From positions 43,090,001-43,154,000 of the forward strand of contig CM060732.1 of the NCBI GenBank assembly GCA_030704615.1: a stretch of 64,000 nucleotides of DNA. Reading direction: 5' to 3'. The DNA comes from Takakia lepidozioides (taxonomy: Eukaryota > Plantae > Bryophyta). The notes beneath the pieces were generated by a model. That model was not told the origin of the DNA. It did not search any database and was given only the letters and a program-made list of their open reading frames with translations. The translations under genes and the position numbers were made by a program. Positions 1 to 13,950 of the stretch are shown piece after piece (position 1 is the first letter of the stretch; every line of letters starts with the position of its first letter).

Positions 1-16
1 TTTCTTTTTCGCCAAC

Positions 17-2090
17 CTGTTTGGTATCCCCTCCATCCCTGAAAAGTTCATATGCTTTTCGCATTACAGGCCTGCTGTCTGGTCCAACCTACAGCAAAAG
101 AAAACAAGCGTACATGATGGTAAGAGGAAAACATTGCAGGAGTGGAGAGTTCTCCAACCGTAGCCAAGGTTAAATTTTAATCACAGTCTTGGATTCCAAT
201 GGAAATTGAGCAGCCAAAGATCCAACCAAAAAATGCCGACCAGACCAAGCAAGGTGCCCAATATCAAAACATCACTGGGAGACTGCACTGCTTGAATGCC
301 TCATGACAAAGAACCCCTATTGAGCAAATGCCTGTCCGTTAATCTGAGATTGAACTTTCAGACAAAGCAAAAGGAACCAGCAAGAAAGTGAATGGAAGGG
401 CACCTTTAGGAAGCGTCTGCGAGCTTCATCTGGCCCATACAGCTGGGCCTCACACAAGAAGCACCAGATTGCCTGTGCTGCCCTTCACCCAACCATTCCC
501 TGCTTGTCATCCCCCTTTACATACTTGAGTTCTCCAGCAAAACTATGAAACAAGTTATGTCCTGTGCTCCGCCATAGTCTTCCTTTCCTTGAGATTGAAA
601 ATGGATCCATGATGGGTGAGCTCATCTGTGAGTGTACAAGCTTAAAAACTTAGTCACTTCACCAGTAACCTGTTGTATATCCATCCAACGAGTGGCATTT
701 GTGCATATTACCCAATGAGTGGCTCCATAAATCTTTTAATTGAAAGGTGTCTAATTGTAGGGATCGTACTACACACAAATGCAGGGGAGTGCGCTTGCCT
801 CTTCTGTATCATTGGGGTTGACAGCAACATCATCTCTGAACTGTGTGGCCCCTTCTTCAAATCTGCAGCACAAATTGGCTAGATTCATTGAACCCGACGG
901 TGTCTTCATGAAAAGCCAGGCTACTAACTGCACTGGTGGTGTTTCCTGGTTATAACTGACCGGGAATGTGTTTTGGAGCTACTCAACCCGTCATTAGTGC
1001 CGATGATAGTCATATTATCAGGGAGGTAACATAGTTCTGAATTTCAGTAGTGTTTTGAGGTTTTCCAGGCGAAGACGCTAGAAATAAGCAATAGTCAAAT
1101 GGATCCACCATGCCACCATTGTGCCCCACATTGAGCCCCACAGTTCTAAACACCGATGTAATGGCCATAACAACAAGCTTCCACTGTCATGCACATTGCC
1201 AAATTTCCTTTTTGGCACAAATCTGGTAAAAGCAAATAGTACCTGTTCAGATAATAGAGGGAGAGACCTCGCTGCCATAAATCTACAACAAGCCCACAGA
1301 CAGTCGGTCCCCAAGGTGAGCGTTGAGGCGAAACTTTTACAGTTGTGCAATTCCAGAAGGGTGTCAGTGATCGTTCACTGGGTGAGGCGATGTCTACCAC
1401 CCTTGCAGCAACTGCTAGAAAACAAGGCATAAATGAGAAATTGCTATATGATGACTGCCACGCAAGGATTAACAATCACACATGGCTTTTGTTGGGGGTC
1501 CAGCTCCAGGGCTCTGTCAAATTCTGCCACCGACCCCTTCACATCCCCCTGTGCAAAACATGCCATCAATTAAGATTATGACATACTGGGCAAAGACGGA
1601 CGCAACGAACGCTCTATTCTGCCTCCCGCGCCCACTTAACAGTGGATACCCGAAAAGAAGTGGGATTAACCTGACAGTGGGAGAGACAGAACAAAGAAAA
1701 CCATCGTTCACAAAATTGACAGTCAACTGGCTGGCATTCGAGCAAAATCATAAAGTAACTCTCTTCGCAATGATGCACCTGCGCAAAAAGCTTCATGCCT
1801 CGTCGCGTTGCCAGGAGCGCCTCCTGCGGACTTCCAGCTGTGGTGGCCATAGCCCTCGCTGCAGCGACAGCTACAACAGCCGCCCCCACCCACAAGGCCG
1901 TGCCCACGGCATTGCCCACAAAGACCACTCTTCGCCCAGTACTGCTAGTGCGCAAGGAGGATCGAGATGATGAGGACACTGCCCATGTGAAGGAAGTCAC
2001 TCTCCAAGTTCTGCAAGAGGTAAGTAGCGGCTTCACTATACAGGTGGGACAGACGAGAGAAGATGCCTGCGCCGTGAGCGCCATAGCCAT
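17..2090 (-). CDS. Plastid-targeted TPR-like protein (At3g05625-like); 3' end lies beyond the left edge of the window
   Basis: Exons read by hand: 2090-1779 (transit-like ...ALLATRRGMKLFAQ), 1548-1482 (GDVKGSVAEFDRALELDPQQKP), 1282-1243 (LWQRGLSLYYLNR), 862-799 (FEEGATQFRDDVAVNPNDTEE), 472-404 (AIWCFLCEAQLYGPDEARRRFLK), 88-17 (VGPDSRPVMRKAYELFRDGGDTKQ). Phases are consistent; one donor is GC. Confidence 0.88.
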
Positions 2091-2520
2091 GGAGTTCTCG
2101 TGTGGATTGTGGACTACATGTGCTATCCTAATCATGTTGCAATCTTTCACGCCAACTTTGCTCTCTGAGTTCCTCTTATTAGTAAGCTTTGTGGATCGGA
2201 GGTGGTTTGTACGTTGTACTTTTGTTACGTCTTGTCAGATGAATACTTCATCATTTCCATAGATTTCCACAGCTGTTTAGGTCTGCGATTTGTACTACTG
2301 TCCTGAATCATGACTGTCACAAACATTGACAATATACTGGACTATCACGAGGAGAGGAAGCTCCAGTACGAGAACGTTGGTAAAACTATCAAGCCACAGT
2401 CACTCGCACTGATGCGCTGATGGGCGTTAGGCAAATTAGCTCAGGCTCCACCAGGACTGTGCACCTATGAAGCATGCTTTTGACGTTTCCAGTTCACACC
2501 AGAGAACGTGGATGATACAA

Positions 2521-4075
2521 TCGCGAGCTCAACGAAGAAACTACTCCCTGAAATGCAGGAATTATCATGCACTCAAACCCTTCAGCACTGCCTATGAGTC
2601 AGGGTGAAGGCTGTAGTTTTGTCACTTGAGCAGCTGTGCTGACAGGTTCATAATCAGTTCAGGGAGAAGGTCGGGCCCGGGAGAGAAATGAGAGCTTCTA
2701 GGACAAGAGGAAGAAAGAGACAAGAAAGAGAGAGGAGCCACAAACGGCCCAGAAGCAACTATAGAGAGAGAGGCCTGTGATCAACTGTCTGCTTAAATGG
2801 AGTAGACAGCTTCAGCAATGACTGTCACAGTCAATGCTTCAATGCTTCAATCATTTACTGGGCTCTTTGATCACATAAGCATTTCTTTTATGTATGTTGC
2901 TTGTTACACCAGTAATCGCCACAAGAACAAACCCCATCTTGGAAGTGATGAAAGCGGTTGGGATCCCGTAAAACAACAGCTCGGCCAACAATCTTTGAGA
3001 TGAACTTTGTGGTGGTGTGGCAGTCACCACACACTCTATAAGGTTCTTGATGACACGCAGGGGTGTCCCATGAAGTGTACTGATGAGCCCAAAAGCTATG
3101 GCCAGCTTTTCACTGTGGTGGCAAAGAGAACTCTCACTTTATGTTCCTCTTCCACATCATGCAATACAAAGGCGTGTCTGGCATGTACCCAGCCTCCTTC
3201 ATCCACTTGGACAATCTCTCCAGCTCAGCATGGATTTCTAAAATTTGTTGGTGAAATTGGTCTTCCACAACAAATGTATGCACCTGGTTGTCGACCTCAA
3301 TGTAGCTGTGCCCTTGCTCCTTTCTAACACCCCTATCCTCCATCATTCTTCTCACCTCTGCTTTATCATCCCACCTGCCAGCTGCAGCTAAGATGTTTGA
3401 CAGCAGCAGCATGCTGTGGATCCCTCTTAATAATGTTTTTGGCTGCACGTTCTGCTACCTGCCGATCACCATGGATTCTGCAGGCATCAAGCAAGGCTCT
3501 CCACACCCCAGCATCCGATTTGATTGGCATTCTGTTAATGAGGTCCTCTGCCTCATCCAATCGTCTTGCGCGGCCAAGAAGGTCCACCATGCAGCCCAAA
3601 TGCTCCACTGTAGGAGTGAGCTCATGATCATGACTCATGGAATTAAAGTAGTGAAAGCCTTCATCTACATGGCCCACATGGCTACAAGCAGAAAGAAGAA
3701 TCGCGAGCTCAAAGAAGAAACTACTCCCTGAAATGCATGAACTATCATGCACTCACCCGTCACCACTGCCTATGAGTCAAGGGTGAAGGCTGCGTAGTTT
3801 TGTCACTTGAGCAACTGTGCTGACAGGTTCATATCATCAGTTCAGGGAGAAGGTCGGGCCCGGGAGAGAGATGAGAGATTCTGGGACAAGAGGAAGAAAG
3901 AGACAAGAAAGAGAGAGGAGCCACAAACGGCCCAGAAGCAACTATAGAGAGAAAGGCCTGTGACCAACTGTCTGCTTAAGTGGAGAAGACAGCAAGATTA
4001 TCAATAAAAATTGAGATAGAGGACGACCAACTTTGAGAGTTTGAAGGCGGCAATGGATCATGGGGAAGAAGGGCA
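2521..4075. repeat. Local ~290-bp segment present three times (2521-2810, 3701-3993, 13480-14013)
   Basis: Near-identical CACTGCCTATGAGTCA...GGACAAGAGGAAGAAAGAGACAAGAAAGAGAGAGGAGC...CTGTCTGCTTAA in all three places; 3993-4070 also matches 14013-14088. Confidence 0.9.
2906..3698 (-). pseudogene. Truncated, frameshifted copy of the L2-S2-E1-E2-DYW end of the PPR gene at 14227-17085
   Basis: LLSACSHVGHVDEG...RIHGDRQVAERAA...KEQGHSYIEVDNQVH...; near-identical to 14227-15028 but with a ~10-nt deletion near 3405, further indels, and the TGA stop mutated to TGT. Confidence 0.92.
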
Positions 4076-4888
4076 GGGTTGGCATGGCATAGCGTGATAA
4101 GTATTGACTCAGGCTCATTCACGCATAATTATCATTTTTGACTTTCCACATGTACCTTCCAATATAATTGCGATGTTTTCTTAACACCTACACCCCCGGA
4201 CTAGTTTCCTATGGAAGGTGTTCCTTTAGTCAGATAAAGAACCAGAAATAGTGAGAATCGGAAGTTCATTCATGGAGGCGACATGCACAAGCTCATTTGC
4301 AAAACATACACTAGTTGTGCAAGGCCTATATAAATCTGAAACAATTTGCTTATCACAGCTCCAATCTCAGTATTAGTCGACACATCTCTGATAACATACT
4401 TTAGATTTGTTTGATGTCAAGAGCCAACATCTTTCGGAAACAGAGCAATGGGACATTAAATGGTGACATGCAGTCACTTGCACAGATAATATGGATATTT
4501 GGGCAAGAACCCCACCAGACAACAATGTCAATAACAACTTCATTGTGTCTCGGTATGTGTGGACGGATAGGACCTTCTTCTCATATGACATCGCTTTCTT
4601 TCAGACATACTGTGGCCATGCTTTGTCAAGGACCTCCAGTTTATGATCCTGAAAGCCCCACTTATGTGCTGATCACTCGATATCACTCAATATTGCCAAG
4701 AACAAATAAGACCACCCATATCAGCACTATCTACTCCCTCCCACCCATGAGAGACTCGGAACAAGTAGCTTCCATATGCAGACCATGCTTTTAGCAGCCC
4801 TCACAGAGTGCCTCTCACTGGATTAGACAGGTAAAACCAAGGAGAAAAGGAGACATGGGACAAGCATAAAGTATGTCCACGTAGATAC

Positions 4889-7167
4889 TCAAGGAACCAC
4901 TTTGGGGCCTTTGTAAATACCCCTCTGCACCACAAAATCATCGGGGGGTTGAAACTCCTCCAACCAGTCATAGCTTGGATCATCCAAAGCCACGTCACAA
5001 TTTTCTCGCAACCCTTCAGACAGACCTAACAAACAAACAACCCAAATTAGTAGAATGGAGGCTGCTGATATGTAACCACAATGAGGTCAATGACTACAAG
5101 CATTCCAGGCATGCTTGTAAAGATTAGCTGTCATTAACACACATTTGGTAAATGCTAAATTACTAGGTGGTTACAAGAGCTCCAGAGTAAAGCTAAATCT
5201 GACAGTTCGTCGGAATGCAGAGTTGTATGGAGAAGAGACTGATGCGGCAGCCTCGTGTTGACTCATTTAGCCTTTCAGGAGATGTAATTACAGTCATTAT
5301 CAAGTGCAACTCCCAGTGAGGTCACAGGAGTGAATGGGCTAGTACCTTCCCACAACAAGCGCATGAAAGATATAAAGAATGCAATAAAGCCCAAAATTGA
5401 GATGCACCAGACAGACCAGCTTTCGGAGAGCTGCGGTAGTATGTGCAATGCCGACCAGTAGAAGACGAATACGGGGGTGCAAGCACATCAAGCACCGCAC
5501 AGTGAGTGACAGCGGTGAAGGCATGAATGTTTCCGCCAGTTGTGGGGTAAAGCACTGCTGTCTCACATGGTGCTGTCATCACATGGTCCGTCACCAACTT
5601 CGCTGATCTAGCTGCAACATCAGATCCCAAGCATACCTTTTGTCAGAAGTTGTAGGTCACGTGGTGAATGTGCTCGAAGAACTAGGGAGGCCAGCTTACA
5701 GTGCAAGAATATACCCAGAGGTCATGTCACCTGATCTAGGTCAGAGATTTGGCCAGATAATCCCAAGATACAAACATTGGTGGTGGGTTCTGAGATAGCA
5801 GGATGAATTTTTGAAAGTCTGCAAAGAGAACTTACGCTTTGAGCGACCGACATTGAGCTCCTCATCAACGGGGTCGACCCAGTCGTAGGCATGGACATGC
5901 ATGGAGCCATACAGCAGCTTACTTAGCACTGTCATGCCCGGATGATTATGGAGTGGTATCACTGCCGATGTTGGCAGACAAAATATACCCATCTTCAGTA
6001 GCATCCAGCATAGGCCAACCATCAGAGCCACCACTGAGCACAATGCATGATCATAAGGATTCCAGCAGATAGAGGGCAGCTCACATTTAATCTTGGTACT
6101 AAGACGTTTACAAAGCCAATATGTCGTAACAGATCAACCAGGTGTGTGGCGGTGAGCAACCAATTTGTGTGGCCAGCCTCCATTGATAAACTAGTGCACT
6201 TTGCCACATTCCAGTACAAGTGCCTCCCTTAAATCACAGTCTATGATGCTTCGCTGACAACTTTTGCCTAACATACACAAACCCAATATAGTATTGCATT
6301 CAGATTGCTCTTCCTTTCATGGTCTGAATTTCTGACCTTAGCAGTCCTCAAACTTTGAAGCTTCCTGATTTTATCTCAAGCTGTTTTCCAGTTTCAAGCT
6401 CTAGTCCACTCTAGCATACATTTATTCTGCATCCCTTACCCCCAGCCTCTCATTCTGCCACTTTTCTCGCCGTCTTCCTCTGCCACTCAGCAAAGGGACA
6501 GCCAATTCATGCAGGGGTGCTTACCGAAAACTGTTCACACTCATATAAATGAAGATAAGAAATGGGCGGTGCCCATCGCACCACCATCGATGAATGGGTG
6601 CCCCTTCGCCCATCCCTCCCGAAGAAGCCAAATCCTCGCTCTTCCTGCTCTGCGCCGTCCTCTGGCAGCCCGACATCGCTTGCCTTTACCCTATCTGCAT
6701 CACCAGCACCCTGTCTGCCTCTTATTCGCCAATTTTCCCACTGGCTTCGTAGTGCGAGGCTGAACATCTCTTCAACTCTAAGAAAGTTGAATTGAAGTAC
6801 TCAAGCAGACCGCGCCAGGATTATCTGACGATTCAACCGAAACTAGGGCCCAAGCACTTGGATTGCCGCAAAGATTATACATTATCTGGTGTTTTGTGTG
6901 TACATATTCTCATTCACCACCCCTGGGAAGGGCGACCATGCCATACCTTAGCATAATCCCCAACAGTTTACTGACCCTCTCAGACAGCCAAGAACCACAC
7001 CGCTCACGCACAATCTACGACACTGAAAGAAAAAGATGTGGGTGAGAGGTAGAACCTAGCAAATCCCGCACCCGATGCAAGCCCTTTGCTGATGGGGTTG
7101 TCGATGTGGAGAAGGTCGCCTTACACGCATCATACAGCTTCTGTACAACCGATGTTGACATCGTCAT
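4889..7167 (-). CDS. PCO: Plant cysteine oxidase (PCO_ADO cupin, N-degron oxygen sensor; PCO4/5-like)
   Basis: Exons 7167-7056 ([20 protein letters not shown]), 6694-6525 ([15 protein letters not shown]), 5992-5836 ([38 protein letters not shown]), ~5611-5408 ([12 protein letters not shown]...LDVLAPPYS...GRHCTYY), 5013-4889 ([25 protein letters not shown]). The Fe-binding His triad is intact. Confidence 0.95.
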
Positions 7168-7729
7168 TCTCCCCTCACACCGCCTTCCCGCCTAGATTGG
7201 TCCTACTCATGCCCTCAAAATACAGCCCATAGATTTACGATTCCTCTCTATTCTGAGCAATTCCGACCCAATTGTGTTCAACAGACAGTGTGCGAGATCA
7301 TCCATAGCCGTTGTCAAATCGAGGACATAGCAAGCCCCTTGTGCTTTCGCGACCGAATTGGCTTTGCTCCTGGGGCGGTGGTCTTCATATCTAGAATCTC
7401 TTTTGAGACACCACCGCGCGATTCTTCTGCCCATCTGTCCATCCGCGGTCATAGATCTGCCAATCAAACAAAAAAATCTGTCTTCAGGAATCTCAACAAA
7501 AACATTGCTTTTTCAATGATAGCAGCGAGTGGCCATGTAGCGCATTACGTGTCCCTGCCACAGCACCCGCCCTACACCTGCCTCGCCCTCAACCGCTTGC
7601 CCATAACAAATGAAGGCAGCGCTAGAGCGGGCGATATGCTCCCACCCTTTGGAAACTTCGATTTAAACACTAGTAAATTGAGAGAGGGAGAGAGGGGGAG
7701 GTATGTGTATGTTTCTCAGAGGTGATGCT

Positions 7730-10700
7730 ATGGCTCAGGTGCACCACTGCTGGCCTCCGCATGCAGACTATCCCCACTTTCGCACTTCTTCCTCCCTCCT
7801 TTCCCGGTCCTGGAGTACACGGTCACCTTACTCATCAGTCTCTCCGGGTCTATCGACCAGTCGATGTCGCTCTACTCTGTCCACCGTTGCATCATCATCA
7901 TCATGCACACCCTGTTCCATCTCCATCCCCCGCCTAGGATTTTGTCGTCCCAGTCATCTGCCAGTTGCATGCCAATGCAAATGCTCTGCTAGAGATAGTG
8001 ATGGAGATGTGCCTATTGAGGTTCTTCCGGAATCGCTCTTCGGATTTTGCCTTCATAATCTCATGGACCAGGCCGGTCTTGACACAGCCTATGCTCGGGT
8101 ACATCTCTCCTCTTTAGTAGGTTCACGAGTTGCTGCTAATGAAATTTTCTCACATGGCCACTCGACTTGTTTCGAAATTAGATTACTGTCTAAAGTTTCC
8201 TTGCACTCGCCTCACCTGGCCGTGCAAACGATATAGAGAAAATTTCATGACCTAATTTAAGATGAGATGGCGTCCAATAGTAAGGACTTTCTAGTATTGA
8301 CTGTTGCAGCGAAGATTCTGCTCTTACGTAAATTTCTGTAGCAAATCCAGGTATGCTTTTTTAATTTAAAACTCAACCTGAGCAATTTATGTGGATACAA
8401 CCTTCATCTGTGGACCCACAGTGAAGGAGGAAGAAACTCTATTCTGCAGAAACTTGCTCTGTAGACAATTTAAAGAGAAAACCAGAAGTTTTGTGGTGAG
8501 TGGATGGATCACAGTGCGTGCTGGGAATCTTCCTTTTGTTTTCTCACTGACATGGTTCAGCTACCAGTGTGTCAGAAATGTGATTTGGACTAGCAACCAA
8601 ATACTGTCTGATCCAGGCAAGGTTTTCACGGCGATGATTTCAAGATGACAGGTAGGTAAAACTTTTTGGAGAATCTCAGTGCTGTATAAGTAATTGAATG
8701 GCAGCTGTGGACTGCCAAAAGACCACATTGAGTGGGAAAGAAGGAATCCCTTGCTGGAGTGCATGGAGCCTCTTTCCTTTTTCTCGTGATATTTAGAGCT
8801 TGAATGCACCAGGTAGCACGGGATAACTTCACTGAGGAGATTGCCAAGCTTCGGAAGCCTTCGAATAAGGATGGAGCAGAGGGTTCATTGGACCTGGCCA
8901 AAGCTGCGTTGGAAATTGCTGCGGAGGATGATGCCCTTGTCACGCACTCATCAGTCGCCCTGCCTGTGGATTCATACATCAACAGGCTAGAATCCATGGC
9001 AGTTGAATTTAGGGGACATTATCTACCTTCTAGGGACAGAAGTCCTTTGGCTATCTTTGAGGCTTTGGACAACTACATGTATGGTTATAAGGTATGCATC
9101 AATCGCTAACCCCTCCGCCCCACACAAAAACTCAACCCTTTTGCTCTCCAGTATCTTGTGTCTCTTTTTCTTGTGTCGTGTCCACACTCTTCACCAATGC
9201 TTCTGAGGAATCCATTTAACTGGCATGTTCAGGGCTTCCAGAGAACAAAGTCTGTACAAACTGGAGATGCAAGGGTCTATTACCTCAATGCGGTTAGTTC
9301 CATCATTTCTTTTCAAGCATTCCTGGACGATGAGAATCATTTCAGATTGCACCCACTTTAATGCCTAGTCATGGTTTTTTTTTTTGTTTGTGGGATGGGT
9401 TTCCCCATTGAGCATACTACAAAAGAGGTGAGCAGGGAAGTATTGGGTGGAGTCAGAGTGAGGGAGACCGAGTAACCAAAACGTAGGGTTTGAATGAATC
9501 TGTTTTTGAATGTTGTTGAGCCAGAGCTGTGCCTCTATTGATTATCACTCCTCTTTTCCTGGGAGGTAAGTTTCTATTTGAGGACTTGAAATGTCAAAAA
9601 CCTACAGGTGTTGACCACTCGACTAGGTACTCCGGTCATGCTTGCCCTTATTTACAGCGAGCTGGTGAAAAGATTACAACGGATGAGTGTCATTGATTTC
9701 TCGGTGGACATGGAGCTTCCACTAAATGTTGTTGATCTTCCTCACTCCCGAGTTGCTTCTCAAATTGGTACACCAAAAATGACTTCAGCCTTTCAATACA
9801 TCAGATGGCCATGTGCATGGGGAACTCAGATACTTAGCAAAATCTCTTACGTATTGGAGTGATCATTTTCCTTAAGTACATGGATGCCTCCTGCCTCTGG
9901 GGTATTTATTTGCAGCATTTGCGTGGATTCAGGCTCAACTGGAGGCAATCACCACTCGTTGCTTCTCACACCCCAGTTGCTTTTAGTGGAGGTGTGTTGC
10001 CAGGCATTGCCTCTTGAGTTGGGTTACTTGATGGAAAAATATGTACTCCCAATTTTTGAGCTCTTGTCGTTCATTTAATTTTTCCAATCTGCATGCAAAT
10101 TGAATCAATTGAGCAAGATGGACTGGTTCTGGAAAGTGAAAATCTTTCGATGGTGCACATTAGAACTTTGGTGCAAGAATGAGAGATGAGTGGTGGCATG
10201 TGTCATGAGTGTCATGAGTGGTGGCAGGTGCTAAGGTCATTGAAGCAGCTTTACTGGCCATGGCGAGCTGGCAGTAGCACTGGGGAAGGGACCGGGTTTC
10301 TGCAAGCGGCCGCTGCCGCCAGCCGTGGCACAGGCATGAATGCCCCCACTAGTCCATTTGAAAGTCTTTTCAATGCCCCTTCCAGCAGCAGGTTGACCCT
10401 CGTACCCCTCTCACTTTTGTGTTGTCTGTCTCTCAGGGTGGATTAAACTTTTTAATCCCTATAAAATTGACATCTTGAGCCTTTGACCTTCACTATAGTT
10501 CAAATGTGCTGTTTCTCTTTTCCATCCATTAAGGGAATAGTTCCTGTACCTCTGTTCACAAACTTTGAAAATCTTGAGGCTGAGCCAAAAGCCCAGGCCC
10601 TTTTGGGGTCTAGTTATTGGGCAAATCACGCACAGCAGATCGATGTTTGTGTGAAGGGATTTCTAGAGGATATCTGGAAAACTTGGATCAATTATATGTT

Positions 10701-12216
10701 TCAAGGTAAGTCATGCTACCGGTGTCAGCCCCTGACAAAGGTAGTTTCTGTCCCTTTGTTTCCGTCGTGGGGTTAATGGCCACAAGGCTACGGCAAACAA
10801 CGTTTTATGAATACACTCTCTTTTCCAACCCCTCCCTCACGGCCTAGCAAGTTGGGTACACTTGAAAATTTGGACGGTTGGCATGCAACCATGTTAAGCA
10901 AACTGTAGAGAATGAGAATCAGTTCACTTTCTCTTCTCAATTGTTCAAATTACATTAGTAATGGGATCGAACTTAATATCCATAAATTGTGCAGGGGAGC
11001 AGAAGTGGCGGGAGCGCGGGCAGCCCAATTGAGACTGCAGCGCGGGATATGGACAAGCACCAGCTTTGGTGATCTTCGAAGGGCTCTTGCTGGTGCGTTA
11101 CAAGAGAAGAGAAAAGAGATTGGGAGAGATATTGTCCACTTTGGCAATCCTTAGTGGACAATTACTCTTACTTGTCCGGGCATAATCTGCCCCAGGCCCG
11201 CCACGCATTTGTAGTCCATCAGGATAAGAAGCTCAGGAAAGATTAGCCAGAACCCCAACAAAAACCTTGATGGATTGAAGAGCACTCATTTACGCTAGCC
11301 TTTTTCTGGCATCGTCTATCTTTCTTCTTTGATCATGAATTGTGGTTGTCTTCATTTGTTCACTATGAATCATATCTTCTATGGTTCTGAAGGTCTCTTT
11401 TGTGTAAATTAGAATGTCCCCTGTCAACTTTTACTTGCATGTTACCTCGGCTTATTGACCCTTACATATGTACTACGAGTCGAGTGGATTCTATTCTCTA
11501 CACGAAAATGATTTTCTTTCTCTCTAAATTTTCATTCACTGTATATAACAGCCTCTGAGAGACTGGTTCTACTTGGAGTTGATAAGCGAGAATTGCGGGA
11601 CTACGGAATGCTACTTTTTCACTCTGGGCTTCATGAACGTGCATTTGATTATCTCAATGCATATTCCACCTCCCAGGTATGCAGGCACTCACTATTGTCC
11701 TAAGGGTAGTCATAAATTATGGTTGCAGGTGTGGGCGGGAGACAGAGAGACCTTTACATTTCTTGGCTTGCAAAGTTTTGGCCCATAAACAAAGTTGTAT
11801 TAGGTGCTGTGACACGTGGAATAGAGTTCAATGTGAAGGAGTGTCTCTCTAGTAATAGTGGTGGACACTTGCATAGTGGGGTCAGTATCTGCTGATTCAG
11901 AAAGTTTGGCAGGCTTTAAAGTGAGAAAATGCTGTCATTAGGAATTATTCCTTTGGATGGCCATCGGTTGACATGTGTCTATATCAACCACTAGCTTATA
12001 CAAGCAAGCACTAGCTTCTGACCGTTCCCTTGTTGGTCTTTCTGCTTGAAGGCCTCTGCAACAGTGCCATCTGTCTTCAATCCATTGGAAGTCGAGGAAA
12101 ATGCCGCTCTGGAGCGCTTACTGGTCCGTTTACGCCTGATTCTGGCTGAGCAAGCCTGGACCGGAAAACCAACCAGTCAATTCTCATCAAGTGAACTGCC
12201 TCCGGATCCCTGGTAA
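7730..12216 (+). CDS. Transglutaminase-like / SirB1 (Transglut_core2) family protein with N-terminal organellar transit peptide (At4g19160-like)
   Basis: Exons ~7730-8098, 8813-9091 (DLAKAALEIAAEDDALVTHSSVALPVDSYINRL), 9232-9292, 9608-9767 (VLTTRLGTPVMLALIYSE), ~9932-9991, 10228-10390 (LRSLKQLYWPW), 10995-11092 (RLQRGIWTSTSFGDLRRALA), 11552-11676 (SERLVLL...ELRDYGMLL), 12052-12216 (...LPPDPW*). Confidence 0.85.
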
Positions 12217-13064
12217 TTTGTACTAGTAGTCTCATTCATTGCCAGAGTGATATTTTGTTACCCTTTTCAATCTTCCCAATGTTTTGAGTTTAGAGCATGT
12301 TCTTTTTCTTTGGAGTGTGGGTTTCTTTATGTAATATTGAAACTTCATGCTTCCCCCATGCTGTTGTTTGCCGAAGTGCCTGATTGCAACAAGCTCAGCC
12401 GTCTTCCGGGTCAGGTGCTTTAGGTTTATACAAAAGCGAACATCCTTACGAACCATGATATGCCTGTTAATTTGCAGGTGATGGTACAGCCCAAGGTTGT
12501 GTCCTGGTGATCTGCCTCTTTCACGGTGCTGTCAGCCTTTCGTGTACTGGAAAGTTCCCTCCCAAGAAGGCGGGAGGGAGTTTGTTTTTCAAAACATTTT
12601 AAAGAGGGAACTTTCCACCGCGTTGATGCCTCCGTACAAGAAGAAAGGACAAAGTGAAAAAATGGAAACTGAACAAGGAACGTGGGGTCGCCATGGGATT
12701 GCATGATACAAACATGTGCTGAACAACAAGGCAGCTGCCCCTCTATTCAAGAGCTCATGGTACTAATCTTATTCAATTTCATCTTCAAGCTTCCCAGAAT
12801 CTGCTGCATCCACACCAAAATTACATCAGCACCCTCCACTACGAGAGTCAGTCAAAATCCCCCGTGGACTCTTACCTGCTCCAAGTCAATTGCACGAGAG
12901 GAAATATCCTCGAAAGTACATAGTGATCGATGTTCTCAGGAACCAAGTAGCTATGCAGATCCATGAAAGAAGCAAGACACCTAGCACACCTTTCCAGAAA
13001 CGAACTTCCTTGTGTCCGTGAATTCCAGAGAAGCTGTTTGTATGTCAAGAGGGATTGTATTTTA

Positions 13065-13473
13065 CTCGTCGCGTTGCCAGGAGCGCCTCCTGCGGACTTC
13101 CAGCTGTGGTGGCCATAGCCCTCGCTGCAGCGACAGCTACAACAGCCGCCCCCACCCACAAGGCTGTGCCCACGGCACTGCCCACGACGACTACTCTTCG
13201 TCCGCCCAGTACTGCTAGTGCACAAGGAGGATCGAGAACATGCGCCGTGAGCCCCATAGCCATGGAGTTCTTGTGTGGATTGTGGACTACATGTGCTATC
13301 CTAATCGTGTTGCAATCTTTCACGCCAACTTTGCTCTCAGAGTTCCTCATAGGAAGCTTTGTGGATGGGAGGAGGTTTATAGGTTGTACTTTTGTTATGT
13401 CTTGTCAGGTGAATACTTGATCATTTTCCATAGCTGTTTAGGTCTCCGATGTGTACTACTGTCATGAATCATG
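13065..13473 (-). pseudogene. Duplicated first-exon/promoter fragment of the TPR gene (copy of ~1799-2317 with a ~100-bp deletion)
   Basis: Direct match CTCGTCGCGTTGCCAGGAGCGCCTCCTGCGGAC...AATCATGACT; translates AVGTALWVGAAVVAVAAARAMATTAGSPQEALLATRR and then diverges before the exon 1 donor. Confidence 0.9.
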
Positions 13474-13640
13474 ACTATCCCATCACTGCCTATGAGTCAA
13501 GGGTGAAGGCTTCGTAGTTCTGTCACTTGAGCAGCTGTGCTTACAGGTTCATATCATCAGTTGAGGGAGAGGTCCAGGCCAGGAGAGAAATGAGAGCTTC
13601 TGGGACAAGAGGAAGAAAGAGACAAGAAAGAGAGAGGAGC

Positions 13641-13950
13641 AGATCCACCACCGGAATGCTGTTCAAACGAGCTGAACCAGAACGCATCAATCCCTTATCC
13701 TTGGTGTACTGGCATTGTGGACATCTTTTGAGCATGCTGCAGATCATTTGCGTCCTGTTATGCCAAAAGAAACGTCGGCAGATGGCATCCTGGGTCCTTA
13801 GAGTTCCATAGTGGCCTGATGCAGAGTGCACTTCCGTGATGATACCCTGCCTATCCTTAGGTGGCACCAGCAGTCCGTTAAAGAAAACCTTGCCCTTCAC
13901 AAATGAGTACTTGTTGGCCCTCTTTATGGCACGCCTTCGCTCCTGCATAT
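13641..13950 (-). mobile_element. 310-bp fragment of an integrase H2C2 zinc-binding domain (Gypsy/Ginger-type)
   Basis: RRAIKRANKYSFVKGKVFF...IITEVHSASGHYGTLRTQDAICRRFFW...CPQCQ (H-H-C-C). Absent from the two sister copies of the surrounding repeat, which have CACAAA at this position. Confidence 0.8.

Noticed and set aside
12720-13060. Exon-like pieces on the minus strand (FEDISSRAIDLEQ|gtaag...) following the TPR exon 1 duplicate
   Set aside because: Cannot be assigned to a family; too short to support a chimeric gene call.
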